Source: Ignavibacteriota bacterium (lineage in GTDB: Bacteria; Bacteroidota; Ignavibacteria; Palsa-1295). Taken from it: a DNA stretch of 64,000 nucleotides. Shown here one piece after another: positions 19,627 through 29,249 of this stretch. A program made the translations under genes and the position numbers. A model generated the notes under the pieces. The model worked only from the letters and a program-made list of their open reading frames with translations. It searched no databases and was not told where the DNA came from. Every line of letters begins with the position of its first letter. Position 1 is the first letter of the stretch. The stretch spans positions 352,001 through 416,000 of the forward strand of contig CAWBEI010000002.1 of NCBI GenBank assembly GCA_963787835.1, in the 5' to 3' direction.

Positions 19627-20700
19627 TTAGGGCTCCGTTCCGCTCCGGGGGTGCGCCTGATCATAGACGGATCTCATGCGCTCGATGGTAAGATGCGTGT
19701 ATCGCTGCGTGGTCCGCAGGGATTCGTGACCGAGTATCTCCTTTACCGCCCGAAGATCAGCTCCGTGATCGAGCAGATGAGTAGCCGTCGTATGCCGCAA
19801 CATGTGCGGATGTGCGCGGGACATGTCCGGTTGGCCTGCAAACGCCTTGGATACAATATCATACACCATTCTGGGCGTAAGTCGCTTGCCATTTTTTAGG
19901 AGAAATAGCGCGTGTGTGTCTTCAAAACCACCCCCTGGCCCCCTCCTTCTTAAGGAGGGGGAAATCGAACGGTGTGCCAAATATTCTTTGATGGCAGTCA
20001 CTGCTTTCGCTCCGATGGGAACGATGCGCTGTTTGGATCCTTTGCCGATCACGCGAACGGTGCGCGCCTTCAGGTCAAGCTCTCTGAGATCGATAGAACA
20101 TAGTTCCGACCGGCGAAGCCCGCTGGAATAGAGTAATTCTATAACGGCACGATCGCGGAGCGATAAGGAAGGAATCGCTGGAAGGGATGAAGGATGAGGG
20201 ATGAAGGATGAAGGTGGGAGCGAATTTCCTTCATCCTTCATCCTTCCAGCATCGTCGGCGATGCGTCCCTCATCCTTTTCCCGTGAGAGAACGTCCGCCA
20301 TTGCGCGTTCACTTACGACGTTTGGTAGATTCTTTTCTGCTTTAGGAGTCTTGAGGAGCCGGGCGGCATTGAATTCAAAAATTCCCTGCTTGACAAGGAA
20401 CTTCACGAACGACCGAACGGCCGCAAGCTTTCGGCCGATGGAGCTTGCTTTCATCGTCTTGGTAATTCCCTTTTGTGCCGGGTAAGCGGTCTGTTCGGAA
20501 AGCGTATGGAGATACCGGCGGAGGGCATAGAGATCGTCATGGGTGCCGGCGAGCACGAGGCGCTCCGATTTTAGGATACGGTAGAGATCGACGAGATCGC
20601 CTTCGTAGGCTTCAATGGTTTTGGGACTCGCCTCGCGCTCGTGTTCGAGGTATTCGAGAAAGGAGCGAAGCCATCGGGGGAAATCAGTGTAGAAATCCAT
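19627..20700 (-). CDS. xerC: Tyrosine recombinase XerC carrying two repeat-derived in-frame insertions
   Basis: RDRAVIELLYSSGLRRSE, GKGSKQR, HPHMLRH..ATHLLD.GADLR.V.E.LGH..L.TTQRYTH. Confidence 0.9.
   Translation of the reverse strand: MDFYTDFPRWLRSFLEYLEHEREASPKTIEAYEGDLVDLYRILKSERLVLAGTHDDLYALRRYLHTLSEQTAYPAQKGITKTMKASSIGRKLAAVRSFVKFLVKQGIFEFNAARLLKTPKAEKNLPNVVSERAMADVLSREKDEGRIADDAGRMKDEGNSLPPSSFIPHPSSLPAIPSLSLRDRAVIELLYSSGLRRSELCSIDLRELDLKARTVRVIGKGSKQRIVPIGAKAVTAIKEYLAHRSISPSLRRRGPGGGFEDTHALFLLKNGKRLTPRMVYDIVSKAFAGQPDMSRAHPHMLRHTTATHLLDHGADLRAVKEILGHESLRTTQRYTHLTIERMRSVYDQAHPRSGTEP
19926..19962. repeat. Family A palindrome in frame in xerC
   Basis: aaccaccccctggccccctccttcttaaggaggggga; encodes SPSLRRRGPGGGF. 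Confidence 0.85.
20182..20279. repeat. Inverted GGATGAA/TTCATCC heptamer arrays plus a GCATCGTCGGCGATGC palindrome, in frame in xerC
   Basis: Encodes KDEGRIADDAGRMKDEGNSLPPSSFIPHPSSL. Confidence 0.85.
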
Positions 20701-20760
20701 AGCCACCAGTTCGCCGGATGCATCGGCGACGATGCTGCTTCCGGTTTGTATCGAACGCTC

Positions 20761-21309
20761 TTAATGGACCCGATCGGAGCCGGTTAACATCACGCGCCCT
20801 AATGGAGAATACGGAGCATCGAAATGGAACAACATGCTGGTCACGAAATCCTTGACCTCTTCCAGCGAGGCGCTTTGCGCGCCGGAAAGCATGATGCGGT
20901 CGATCATGAACTCCAGATCGGAATCCGTAAGAATTCCCAGTTCAAGCATTTGCAGCATGAAGCCACGGGCTTCCTTGGAAATAACGGAACTTTCTATTTC
21001 GTGATAGACGCGGAAACTTGCGAGATCCTTCGCGGGGCCAAGCAAGCTCGGCTTTTTTCCGAACGGTACGGCAAGGATAAGCGGGTCGTCCGAGCCTTGC
21101 GAAAATTTATCGATCAGCCAGGAGAACGCGGTCGATATTTCGATCTCGCTAAAACCACGCACCGAAAGCGGTTTGAGGTCGATCTCGGCAAGGGGTTTGT
21201 TCTCTTTGATCTCCGAAAGGAGAAAAAACACGATCTCCATGATGCGCTCCCGCCCAGAGGCATCCGGCGCGCCGGATACATTCTGTTCGAGTGAGTTATT
21301 CGCGTTCAT
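20761..21309 (-). CDS. DUF494/Smg-family protein
   Basis: GFSEIEISTAFSWL, FRVYH..E...I..EARGF...LGIL. Confidence 0.85.
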   Translation of the reverse strand: MNANNSLEQNVSGAPDASGRERIMEIVFFLLSEIKENKPLAEIDLKPLSVRGFSEIEISTAFSWLIDKFSQGSDDPLILAVPFGKKPSLLGPAKDLASFRVYHEIESSVISKEARGFMLQMLELGILTDSDLEFMIDRIMLSGAQSASLEEVKDFVTSMLFHFDAPYSPLGRVMLTGSDRVH

Positions 21310-21360
21310 CGTACTAATTTCTATTAAAAGAGGAGCCGTGACATCAGTCGGCTATATTCA

Positions 21361-21801
21361 TCATTGGAATGTAGCCAAATACCAACGCTCCCGTGTTCTC
21401 ATTTGTTTCCTGGCCGAAGCAGTCTTATCCTTATAGCCCGCGAGGTGCAAAACGCCATGAATAATGAGGTGAACGATCTCCATATCCACTGTTCGCCTAA
21501 ACCGTTTGGCATTCTCCATCGCACGTTCAACGCTGATGTAAATTTCAGATTCCAGCGCGGTTTCTGACCGTTCGATCTCGAAGGTGATAACATCCGTCAG
21601 CCAATCGTGGCCCAATGCCGTGCGATTGATCTCCAGCAGTTCATCATCCGACATCGAAACGACCGACAGATCGAACTTCCCTATTTCAGGCAAGTCGGTC
21701 TCCGCAACGAGCACAGCAGCCTGTTTCATGTTCGCTCGAAGCTCGGCTGGGATGGCAAAAATCTTTCGAGCCTGAGCCGTCTGCGTCAAACTAAATTTCA
21801 A
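21361..21801 (-). CDS. ybeY: rRNA maturation RNase YbeY
   Basis: H...TDVITF, EIYIS, HGVLHLAGY.D. Confidence 0.9.
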   Translation of the reverse strand: MKFSLTQTAQARKIFAIPAELRANMKQAAVLVAETDLPEIGKFDLSVVSMSDDELLEINRTALGHDWLTDVITFEIERSETALESEIYISVERAMENAKRFRRTVDMEIVHLIIHGVLHLAGYKDKTASARKQMRTRERWYLATFQ

Positions 21802-21821
21802 CTGAAAATTGCTTTTGTTAA

Positions 21822-21948
21822 TGTCATCCTGAGCGGAGTTCGTTCGACGAAGGAGAACGAACGGAGTCGAAGGATCTGGTGCATGTCCGGAGATCCTTCG
21901 ACTTCGTCTTCCGCCGCTCCGCTACGGAAGACTACGCTCAGGATGACA
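21822..21948. repeat. Family D palindrome (TGTCATCCTGAGCGGAG..GAAGGATCT/AGATCCTTCG..GCTCAGGATGACA)
   Basis: Second copy at 49578-49715. Confidence 0.85.
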
Positions 21949-21969
21949 TGGAAAATTCTGGCGAGGCCA

Positions 21970-22452
21970 CTATTCCTCGTTACGAAAAACTTCGGTGTGT
22001 TCGGCAAAGATCTTCAACGCAACGGCGGCGCGCAAATCCTCATCGCCAACTTCGGAAAGCTCCATCGGTCCCAGCGATTCAGAGATATTCATATACACCT
22101 GGATCGCCCCGCGTGAGCTTAACGTGAGCATCGAAAGCTTACCCGGCGTGGGACGCGAATAAAATGCCGCTTCTTCCGTTGCAGCAAGCAAACGAATCTC
22201 CTCGATGCCGTGCAATTCCACAATACCAAGCGCAGAGGTAACCACCACGCAGGCGTCGCCATTCTGCTCCATCAAATTAATTTCAAGAAGCGGGCTTTCG
22301 CCAGCAACGGCACCGCCGCCATCGGTTCGGGACGTATGATAAATAAGGATATTCGCCTCACGCGAATCCATTCCTGTATCACGCGCGCTCGACATCGCAA
22401 TACCCTCTAAGGTATCGGCAAGGCGTTCGATCAATTCCGGTCGTAAAAGCAT
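21970..22452 (-). CDS. Hypothetical protein
   Basis: 160-aa ORF, co-directional with the ybeY operon. Confidence 0.6.
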   Translation of the reverse strand: MLLRPELIERLADTLEGIAMSSARDTGMDSREANILIYHTSRTDGGGAVAGESPLLEINLMEQNGDACVVVTSALGIVELHGIEEIRLLAATEEAAFYSRPTPGKLSMLTLSSRGAIQVYMNISESLGPMELSEVGDEDLRAAVALKIFAEHTEVFRNEE

Positions 22453-22563
22453 GTGTTCTGAACGGAGCGTCCGGCACAGAGGGTTCTCTGCCAGCAGTGT
22501 TCCAGTACGAAAATACGGAATAAATTGGGGGGTGGGGTCTGAACCGGGATTTACGTGATTCGC

Positions 22564-22623
22564 GTGTACACCGGGTTTTAACCCGGTGAAGTGTCCTCCA
22601 CCGGGTTAAAACCCGGTGTACAC
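22564..22623. repeat. REP doublet GTGTACACCGGGTTTTAACCCGGTG..CACCGGGTTAAAACCCGGTGTACAC, preceded by a family E half-site (22539)
   Basis: Near-perfect inverted repeat. Confidence 0.8.
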
Positions 22624-22634
22624 AGGAAAGTTAG

Positions 22635-24821
22635 TCACCGCATCAGCACCACCGGCAGCGTCTCCACCTGCCCATTCATGCGAATGAGGCATTCATACAC
22701 ACCTTGTTTAGCGTAGGCATTCTTGCCTGCGTCCCAGGTAAAACTGTGCTCTCCTGCACCCAACTCACCGGAAAACAGCCGCGCAACCTCCACGCCAAGC
22801 ATATTCACAATGGATACCTCCGCATATCCGGCAGCTTGCGACGTGAAGGTGATCTGGGTGGATTGGGAGAAGGGGTTGGGGTAAACAAAAGCTTCAGTTT
22901 GAGGAGGCAGTTTTTCCGATACAGAACTTGCTGCAATCATTTCAGATACAGGCCTGCGCCAAACGCCACTATCCGTGCCAATGAAAATATTCGAATTGGT
23001 CGAAGCAATTGTGTATACATCAGAGTCGTGTAAACCCTGATTGAATTTTGTCCAGAAGTCCCGTTTATATGATGAGAAATAGAATCCATGTGGGCAGCCA
23101 CAGAGGAGAAACGAACCATTATTGTCAAACCATGAAATAGATACTTTATCAAGGGAATCTAATCCCCAATTCAAGGATTGCCAAGTGCCACCTAAATCTG
23201 TTGAAACTACTACTCCACCATATTCGTCGCCATAAGCATCAACATAAAAACGAGTTGTACCAATGCTGTCCGTATCAATCGCCAGTGCATTCACCCCATA
23301 ATCATTGTTCGAGAATTGGTTAAGAATGTCCCAACTACGCCCCTGATCTTTGGAAAGAAAAACGCAACTTTCTAGATTAAAAATTCCCCCGGCAAATAAG
23401 TAGCTGCCGTTAGAGGTCAAATTAAGAAAAAGTGATGTCATAGGCGTACTGAGTATTTTCCAAGTCGTGCCATAGTTGGTGGAACGAACTAAATCGCCAT
23501 ACCACGAGGCAGCATACAAAAACGTATCTATTGTCGCAAATGACAGTACTTCCGGATCATTTGACGGGAAATTTGGAAAACCAGAATCGACTAATGACCA
23601 AGAATCTCCGTAATCCGTAGAGCGAAATGGCCCTGACGCTGTCCCCGCAAATATGATCGGGCCTGCGCTCGAATGAATGACATTGAGAGCGGTTATTCCT
23701 ACATCCGACAAACCACGATTACGCTGAACCCATGAAAATCCGGTATCTGTAGAAAGATAAATCCCAAGAGAGGTTCCAGCAAAAAGGTTTTCGCCATCCT
23801 TCAATAAAACACTCGTTTGAAGAACGGATGTAAGTCCCGTATCAAATTCCACCCAACTTTGGCCTGAATCAATAGAGCAAAAAATTCCGTTGGTCGTCAA
23901 AATAAAGAGGCTTGTGTCTCGGATTATTACATCGCTGACAATCGTATTAAAGAGACCCTTATTACTGGATACCCAACTGTTTCCGTCATCGCTTGATAAG
24001 AAAATTCCTCCATTGGTTGCAGCCACGAGTTTAGCTCCGCAACGAGTGATCTTGTTGACATTACTATCGGTCAAACCGTTATTAGCGGGACGCCAGCTTG
24101 CACCTAAATCTGTAGAAGAAAAAATACCTTCACTTGAAATGGAGGCAAATACTTTTATACCACTATCCCCAAATAGCATAGCTGTCAATGCTTCATAATG
24201 AAATGGAAGGGTTGAGTCAACTTCGGTCCAGCTTACCCCGTTATTGCTTGAGCGGAAAATTTGCCCAAACTCTGTTCCAGCTAATATGTATCCTGGAATA
24301 GTAACAAGACTGATAACGTATTGAAAATCAATATCGGAATCAGCCGGAACCCACGTCGCTCCTGAATCTGATGATCGAAATACTCCGCTCTCATACGTAC
24401 CTGCAAAGACAAACGAATCATTTACTGTAAAACAATTAACGGTATTATCGGTGAGGCCCGTACTTGACCATTCCCAATTCACACCACCATCCGTTGAAGC
24501 ATAAATGCTGTTGCCAACATTGCCAGTATAACCACTATCGAGTCCTACTAAGAGCTTTGAACCAATCGCCGTGATTGCCATTACATAGCGATTGAATGGC
24601 AACGGAAATTTTGTGCTTTTCCATGTTTTGCTACTACCTGTCAACGAGGCAATCGGGTCGAGAGAAGTATTCCCAGCAAAGACCGTTGAATCCGCCACAG
24701 CAAGAAACGTTGACCAAACGCCGTATGGACCATTGGTCTCCACCCATTGCCCACGAACAGTAGATACAGTGGAGAGAGTAAATATAAATATCGAAAAGCT
24801 TAGGACGAGTTTGTGTTTCAT
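22635..24821 (-). CDS. BNR/Asp-box beta-propeller protein with T9SS type A sorting domain
   Basis: Signal peptide; many S.D.G.SW repeats; VYPNPF..G.Y CTD. Confidence 0.88.
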   Translation of the reverse strand: MKHKLVLSFSIFIFTLSTVSTVRGQWVETNGPYGVWSTFLAVADSTVFAGNTSLDPIASLTGSSKTWKSTKFPLPFNRYVMAITAIGSKLLVGLDSGYTGNVGNSIYASTDGGVNWEWSSTGLTDNTVNCFTVNDSFVFAGTYESGVFRSSDSGATWVPADSDIDFQYVISLVTIPGYILAGTEFGQIFRSSNNGVSWTEVDSTLPFHYEALTAMLFGDSGIKVFASISSEGIFSSTDLGASWRPANNGLTDSNVNKITRCGAKLVAATNGGIFLSSDDGNSWVSSNKGLFNTIVSDVIIRDTSLFILTTNGIFCSIDSGQSWVEFDTGLTSVLQTSVLLKDGENLFAGTSLGIYLSTDTGFSWVQRNRGLSDVGITALNVIHSSAGPIIFAGTASGPFRSTDYGDSWSLVDSGFPNFPSNDPEVLSFATIDTFLYAASWYGDLVRSTNYGTTWKILSTPMTSLFLNLTSNGSYLFAGGIFNLESCVFLSKDQGRSWDILNQFSNNDYGVNALAIDTDSIGTTRFYVDAYGDEYGGVVVSTDLGGTWQSLNWGLDSLDKVSISWFDNNGSFLLCGCPHGFYFSSYKRDFWTKFNQGLHDSDVYTIASTNSNIFIGTDSGVWRRPVSEMIAASSVSEKLPPQTEAFVYPNPFSQSTQITFTSQAAGYAEVSIVNMLGVEVARLFSGELGAGEHSFTWDAGKNAYAKQGVYECLIRMNGQVETLPVVLMR

Positions 24822-25109
24822 TTCCTAATAACACATCAGCAAACCATTAGTCGTGGGAGCAGCACACACGTCGGCATCACCGCGAGCGCGGCGAAGAGGG
24901 TGAGTGCGAGAAGCTGTTTCGGGAACATGGTAGTATTTGTATGGAAAACCTTAAGAGAGGTTAAAAGTGCCGATGGTAATGGTCAATTCGGAGCGGCTAT
25001 TTTTTAATTGAGTTGACGGGCAGCTATTTCTCGGAGAAATAATACGGATGAATTATGACCTTGAGGTCTTCAAGATAGCTTTATCTTCATTCATCGGAAT
25101 CAGAAAACT

Positions 25110-25134
25110 GAAACATGGATTTGTTGCTTACGTT
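25110..25134 (+). promoter_or_regulatory. Putative ECF/sigmaE-type promoter of degP
   Basis: GAAAC-N16-CGTT about 70 nt before the likely ATG. Confidence 0.4.
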
Positions 25135-25203
25135 AGAAAACATCGCCTCTTATCTCAGGCAAGCATTTTCTCTACAACAAATTTTAATACAGGAATCAGA
25201 TAT

Positions 25204-26811
25204 ATGTTAAAGAAACGACCATTAGTAGCAGCCATCTTTTTGGTGGTGATCGGTTTGGTATTCGGAGCGACCTTAGTAACCGGCTTTGGCAGTTGGAAAG
25301 GCATGAACATTGCCTTTGGCGCCAGTCAGCCGGAGCTTGGAGGACCTGCCCCCGAGCTACCGAACGATCAGGTACTCGAAAGCTTGAACGGCTCGTTCGT
25401 CGCGATCGCTAAAGCGGTTCAGCCAACGATCGTCCAGATCAATGTCAAGACCGAAGCACCGAAAGTCGCAAAGAACGACAAGAGCGATAACAACAACCCA
25501 TTTCAGCACTTTTTCAATTTCGGCAATGGCGATGATGGAAGTGGCAATGGCGACATCCCGTTCTTCCAAATGCAGCCCCAGCAACGTGGGCCTGAAGAAG
25601 GTATTGGCTCCGGTGTTATCATCACCAGCGATGGATATATTCTTACCAATAACCACGTAGTAAAGGACGCGGCGAAAAAAGGTGGAATTACCGTCCAAAT
25701 GACTGATAAACGAGTGTTCGATGCCCGATTGGTTGGCACCGATCCAACAACAGACCTGGCCGTCATCAAGATCGAAGCTTCGAACCTTCCGGTCGCCGCG
25801 CTCGGCAATTCCGATCAGCTTGCCGTTGGGCAGGTGGTATTGGCGGTCGGTAATCCGCTTGGGCTCGAATCGACGGTAACGGAGGGCATCGTATCCTCGC
25901 TTGGTCGTCCGCTTCAGATCTCGGAGGATAAGAACGTCGGCAATTACGGCATCTCGAATTTCATTCAGACCGATGCCGCGATCAATCCCGGTAATTCCGG
26001 AGGCGGGCTGTTCAATATCAAGGGCGAGGTTATTGGCATTAACTCGGCGATCGAATCGACGACAGGTATGTTCGCCGGTTACGGATTTGCTATCCCGATC
26101 AATATGGCCAAGGGCGTCGCTAACGACCTTATCAAGACCGGCAAAGTAAACCGCGGCTATATTGGGGTGCAGATCGCCAACGTCGATCAAACGATGGCCG
26201 AGGCGCTTGGCCTCGATCGCCCACGCGGGGTTCGCATCGATGAGATCGTCAAAGGTGGCGCCGGTGAAGCAGCAGGGCTCAAGCAGAATGATGTTATCCT
26301 TTCCGTCGATGGGCATGAGACCAATGCCTCGAACCAATTGCAGGGCCTGATCGGCATGCACCACGCCGGAGACCACGTTACACTGCACATCTGGCGCGAT
26401 GGAAAAGAACTGGAGAAGACGGTTACGCTCAAGCCTCGCGAGGAGATCGCCGATAATGACGCAGATGCCGATACCGACAACGGACAAGCTGAGACCCAGG
26501 AAGAATCAGCGAAATCAACAGCTACATTGGATAATGTCGGCTTGACGGTGCGCAATGTAACGGCAGATGACAAAGATACCTATCATGTATCGAATGGCGT
26601 CGTCATCACGAACATTCAGATGGCTTCCGAAGCGCAGCACGAAGGGCTCCGCACCAATTACGTGATCACCGAAGCGGCTCACCAAAAGGTGACCGATGCC
26701 GGAAAGTTCGAAAAGATCATCAAGGATAACCAGGGCAAAGCGGTGGGCCTGAACGTCGTCGATAATAAAGGCGATTCGCACTTCTACGCGATTAAAGTTC
26801 CAACCGAATAA
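25204..26811 (+). CDS. degP: HtrA/DegP (Do) serine protease with two PDZ domains
   Basis: GSGVII..GYILTNNHVV, DLAVIK, IQTDAAINPGNSGG; start moved from 25048. Confidence 0.93.
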   Translation: MLKKRPLVAAIFLVVIGLVFGATLVTGFGSWKGMNIAFGASQPELGGPAPELPNDQVLESLNGSFVAIAKAVQPTIVQINVKTEAPKVAKNDKSDNNNPFQHFFNFGNGDDGSGNGDIPFFQMQPQQRGPEEGIGSGVIITSDGYILTNNHVVKDAAKKGGITVQMTDKRVFDARLVGTDPTTDLAVIKIEASNLPVAALGNSDQLAVGQVVLAVGNPLGLESTVTEGIVSSLGRPLQISEDKNVGNYGISNFIQTDAAINPGNSGGGLFNIKGEVIGINSAIESTTGMFAGYGFAIPINMAKGVANDLIKTGKVNRGYIGVQIANVDQTMAEALGLDRPRGVRIDEIVKGGAGEAAGLKQNDVILSVDGHETNASNQLQGLIGMHHAGDHVTLHIWRDGKELEKTVTLKPREEIADNDADADTDNGQAETQEESAKSTATLDNVGLTVRNVTADDKDTYHVSNGVVITNIQMASEAQHEGLRTNYVITEAAHQKVTDAGKFEKIIKDNQGKAVGLNVVDNKGDSHFYAIKVPTE

Positions 26812-26834
26812 GTAATAGAATAGATCCATAGCGT

Positions 26835-26866
26835 AAGGGGGACAGGCGGTTTAGTCTGTCCCTCTT
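26835..26866 (+). terminator. Intrinsic terminator after degP
   Basis: aagggggacaggc-ggttta-gtctgtccctctt. Confidence 0.7.
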
Positions 26867-27153
26867 GATTTTAAGGGATTGGATTGTTCTTTTCAAGCGC
26901 CGCGTTGATAGATCTGGAATGATCGTTTCCCGGATTCGAAAACTTTTGATGGAAGCAGCCATGCTGCTATTCCTGCTGACGGTCTCGCCGGCCATATATG
27001 CCATGTCGGAAATTGAGTCGCGGAAAACACATCGCGATGCGGTTAAGGTACAGATGGTAACTATCAGGTTGCGACGGCGAGCACTTGACCGAAGAATGAA
27101 TCCCTATATGCTTGTTGGATCTTACGATCCTATCTCTTTACGATATATCAATT

Positions 27154-27423
27154 ATGGAACTTGGAACGATCGCGTTCTCGCCTAACGGAATGACCGAATA
27201 CCGCGCACTGCTCGAAGATGAATTATTTCGCGGCGGCGAATCGAAAGGCCGCTTGCGAACGGCGTTGACCATCCTGACCGATATGCTCATCGAACTGAAC
27301 GCGCTGGAAATTTACTATCAGAAGCCATCGCTGAAATCCATTGTCCCGGCAGAAATAGCGGCGTTGAGGGCTAAGATCGATGCAGTGAAAAATCTCATCC
27401 AGGATTCGATCGGTCTGGAATAA
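27154..27423 (+). CDS. Hypothetical small helical protein
   Basis: Stop overlaps pduO start (TAATG). Confidence 0.55.
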   Translation: MELGTIAFSPNGMTEYRALLEDELFRGGESKGRLRTALTILTDMLIELNALEIYYQKPSLKSIVPAEIAALRAKIDAVKNLIQDSIGLE

Positions 27424-27986
27424 TGGCAACAAAGATCTATACCAAAACAGGTGACGATGGCACGACCGGCCTGTTCGGCGGCGGCAGGGTCAGGAAGGAT
27501 TCCGCTCGGATCGAAGCCTATGGAAATGTTGATGAGCTGGATTCCGTGATCGGACTTTGCAGATCATTAGATGGGAATGATTGGATCGAACCGCTTCTCC
27601 AACAAATTCAGAACAACCTGTTCGTCCTCGGAGCCGATCTTGCCACGCCACTGGAAACCCGCTCAAACTATAACATTCCTCGAATCACCGAGGAAGATTC
27701 GAAACGGTTAGAGCTTGCGATCGATGGGCATACCGCCATACTTCCGGAACTCAAACATTTCATTCATCCGGGAGGATGCGAACTTGCTGCTCGATTACAT
27801 CTTGCACGAACCGTTTGCCGACGCGCTGAGCGCTCGGTGGTTCATCTTGCCGCACAGGAAGAGATCGGAAAATACGATCTAATCTATCTTAATCGGCTTT
27901 CTGATCTGCTTTTTACGCTTGCACGACGAGCAAATCAGCTCGCTGGCGTGAAGGATGTGGAATGGGATGGAAAGTCCGGAGCATAG
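27423..27986 (+). CDS. pduO: PduO-type cob(I)alamin adenosyltransferase
   Basis: KIYTKTGDDGTTGL, EAYG.VDEL, ARTVCRRAER, YLNRLSDLLF. Confidence 0.95.
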   Translation: MATKIYTKTGDDGTTGLFGGGRVRKDSARIEAYGNVDELDSVIGLCRSLDGNDWIEPLLQQIQNNLFVLGADLATPLETRSNYNIPRITEEDSKRLELAIDGHTAILPELKHFIHPGGCELAARLHLARTVCRRAERSVVHLAAQEEIGKYDLIYLNRLSDLLFTLARRANQLAGVKDVEWDGKSGA

Positions 27987-27988
27987 TT

Positions 27989-29134
27989 TTACGCGGTCTT
28001 GACCGTTTCCTTCTTCTCCTGCCAACTCGTCCAATATTCCTTCCATTCAGCAGATTCCCCTGCCGGAGCAATTTTTAGTGGGCGTTTTGCATCCAGCATC
28101 ATGGCATATTCGTTAGTGCGAGTAATATTCGGATTGGCTTTCAGCGCCTTCGGATGCGGGCCATGATGAATGCCTTGTGGATGCAGCGTCATCATTGCCG
28201 GTTTGATATTATCGCGCGAGAAGAAATCACCATCGTGGTAAAATAGCACTTCATCGTAATCGGTGTTGCGATGATAGAATGGCACGCGCAACGTATCGGG
28301 ATCTTCTTCCAACGGACGCGGAAGGAATGAGCAGATCACAAAATTATCTGCAAGAAATGTGGTATGCGCGCTCGGTGGCAGATGCACCCGTGGTGACATC
28401 ACGGGACGAATATCGCGCATGTTGATCTTGTAGGCAGTAAGATCGCCCTTCCAGCCGACAAGATCGATCGGATGATATGGATAAAAGATGGAGGTATATT
28501 CGCCAAGCCGCTTAATGCGAATTTCATATTCCTTCCCATTCGTATCTTGCCTTTTCTCGTACGGAATAAATTCGGGAATCGTAATGGCGGACATATCGTA
28601 AAGCGCATGCATTCCGAGAATCCCTTTTTGCTCGGGCGTTGGCGGCATGATCTCGGAATGCGCTTCGACGCACACGATAAAATTATCTTTGGTCGATGGA
28701 ATGAAGCGGTAGGTCGTCGCACGCGGCATCACGATATAATCGCCAGGTTCATAATCGAGCATCCCGAAATCGGTCTCGATCTTTCCCGTACCCTTATGAA
28801 TAAAGAACAGCTCGTCGCCATCGGCATTACGTGAATAAAATGGCGCAGCTTCGGCTCGGCGGCTGATAGAAAGGATGAGATCGTCATTATAAAGCACTGG
28901 TTCGGATGTGCCGCGCGCGTCAGTCATGTCCGAAGGCTTAACCCTGTCGAGATAGAACGCATGAGGCCGCAAATTCCCCTCGATGCGCGTCCAGCCCGTC
29001 GGAGGATGAACGTGGTACAGATGCGACACGCGGCCAAAAAAGCCTTCGCGCCCATGCTCTTCTTCGAATGATCCTTCCGGCAGCGCAACGTGCGCCTGCC
29101 TGGTTGCTTGTCCTTTAACGATCGGCCAGTTCAT
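27989..29134 (-). CDS. hmgA: Homogentisate 1,2-dioxygenase
   Basis: RNADGDEL.F.H.G.G...T.FG, HLPPSAH, PFYHRN.DYDE, LHPQGIHHGP. Confidence 0.92.
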   Translation of the reverse strand: MNWPIVKGQATRQAHVALPEGSFEEEHGREGFFGRVSHLYHVHPPTGWTRIEGNLRPHAFYLDRVKPSDMTDARGTSEPVLYNDDLILSISRRAEAAPFYSRNADGDELFFIHKGTGKIETDFGMLDYEPGDYIVMPRATTYRFIPSTKDNFIVCVEAHSEIMPPTPEQKGILGMHALYDMSAITIPEFIPYEKRQDTNGKEYEIRIKRLGEYTSIFYPYHPIDLVGWKGDLTAYKINMRDIRPVMSPRVHLPPSAHTTFLADNFVICSFLPRPLEEDPDTLRVPFYHRNTDYDEVLFYHDGDFFSRDNIKPAMMTLHPQGIHHGPHPKALKANPNITRTNEYAMMLDAKRPLKIAPAGESAEWKEYWTSWQEKKETVKTA

Positions 29135-29249
29135 GTCAATTAAGAATTTAAATTTGAGAATTAAGAGTTAAGGAATTTGTCACATACAGATCCTAAACCG
29201 CAATATCACTAAACCCTATCGGGATAACCAGCGTTCGGCATAACATTCC

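Noticed and set aside
19627-20700. Prophage or integron integrase
   Set aside because: Context (ybeY, DUF494, hpf) and motifs fit chromosomal XerC; the inserts are repeat-derived and no attC array is seen
21798-22007. 69-aa ORF between the hypothetical gene and ybeY
   Set aside because: Mostly a translation of the family D repeat; its stop does overlap the ybeY start, so coupling cannot be excluded
25357-26487. 376-aa minus-strand ORF
   Set aside because: Antisense shadow of degP
26865-27185. 106-aa ORF or cobalamin riboswitch upstream of pduO
   Set aside because: No recognisable domain, overlaps the terminator and next ORF; no B12-box seen
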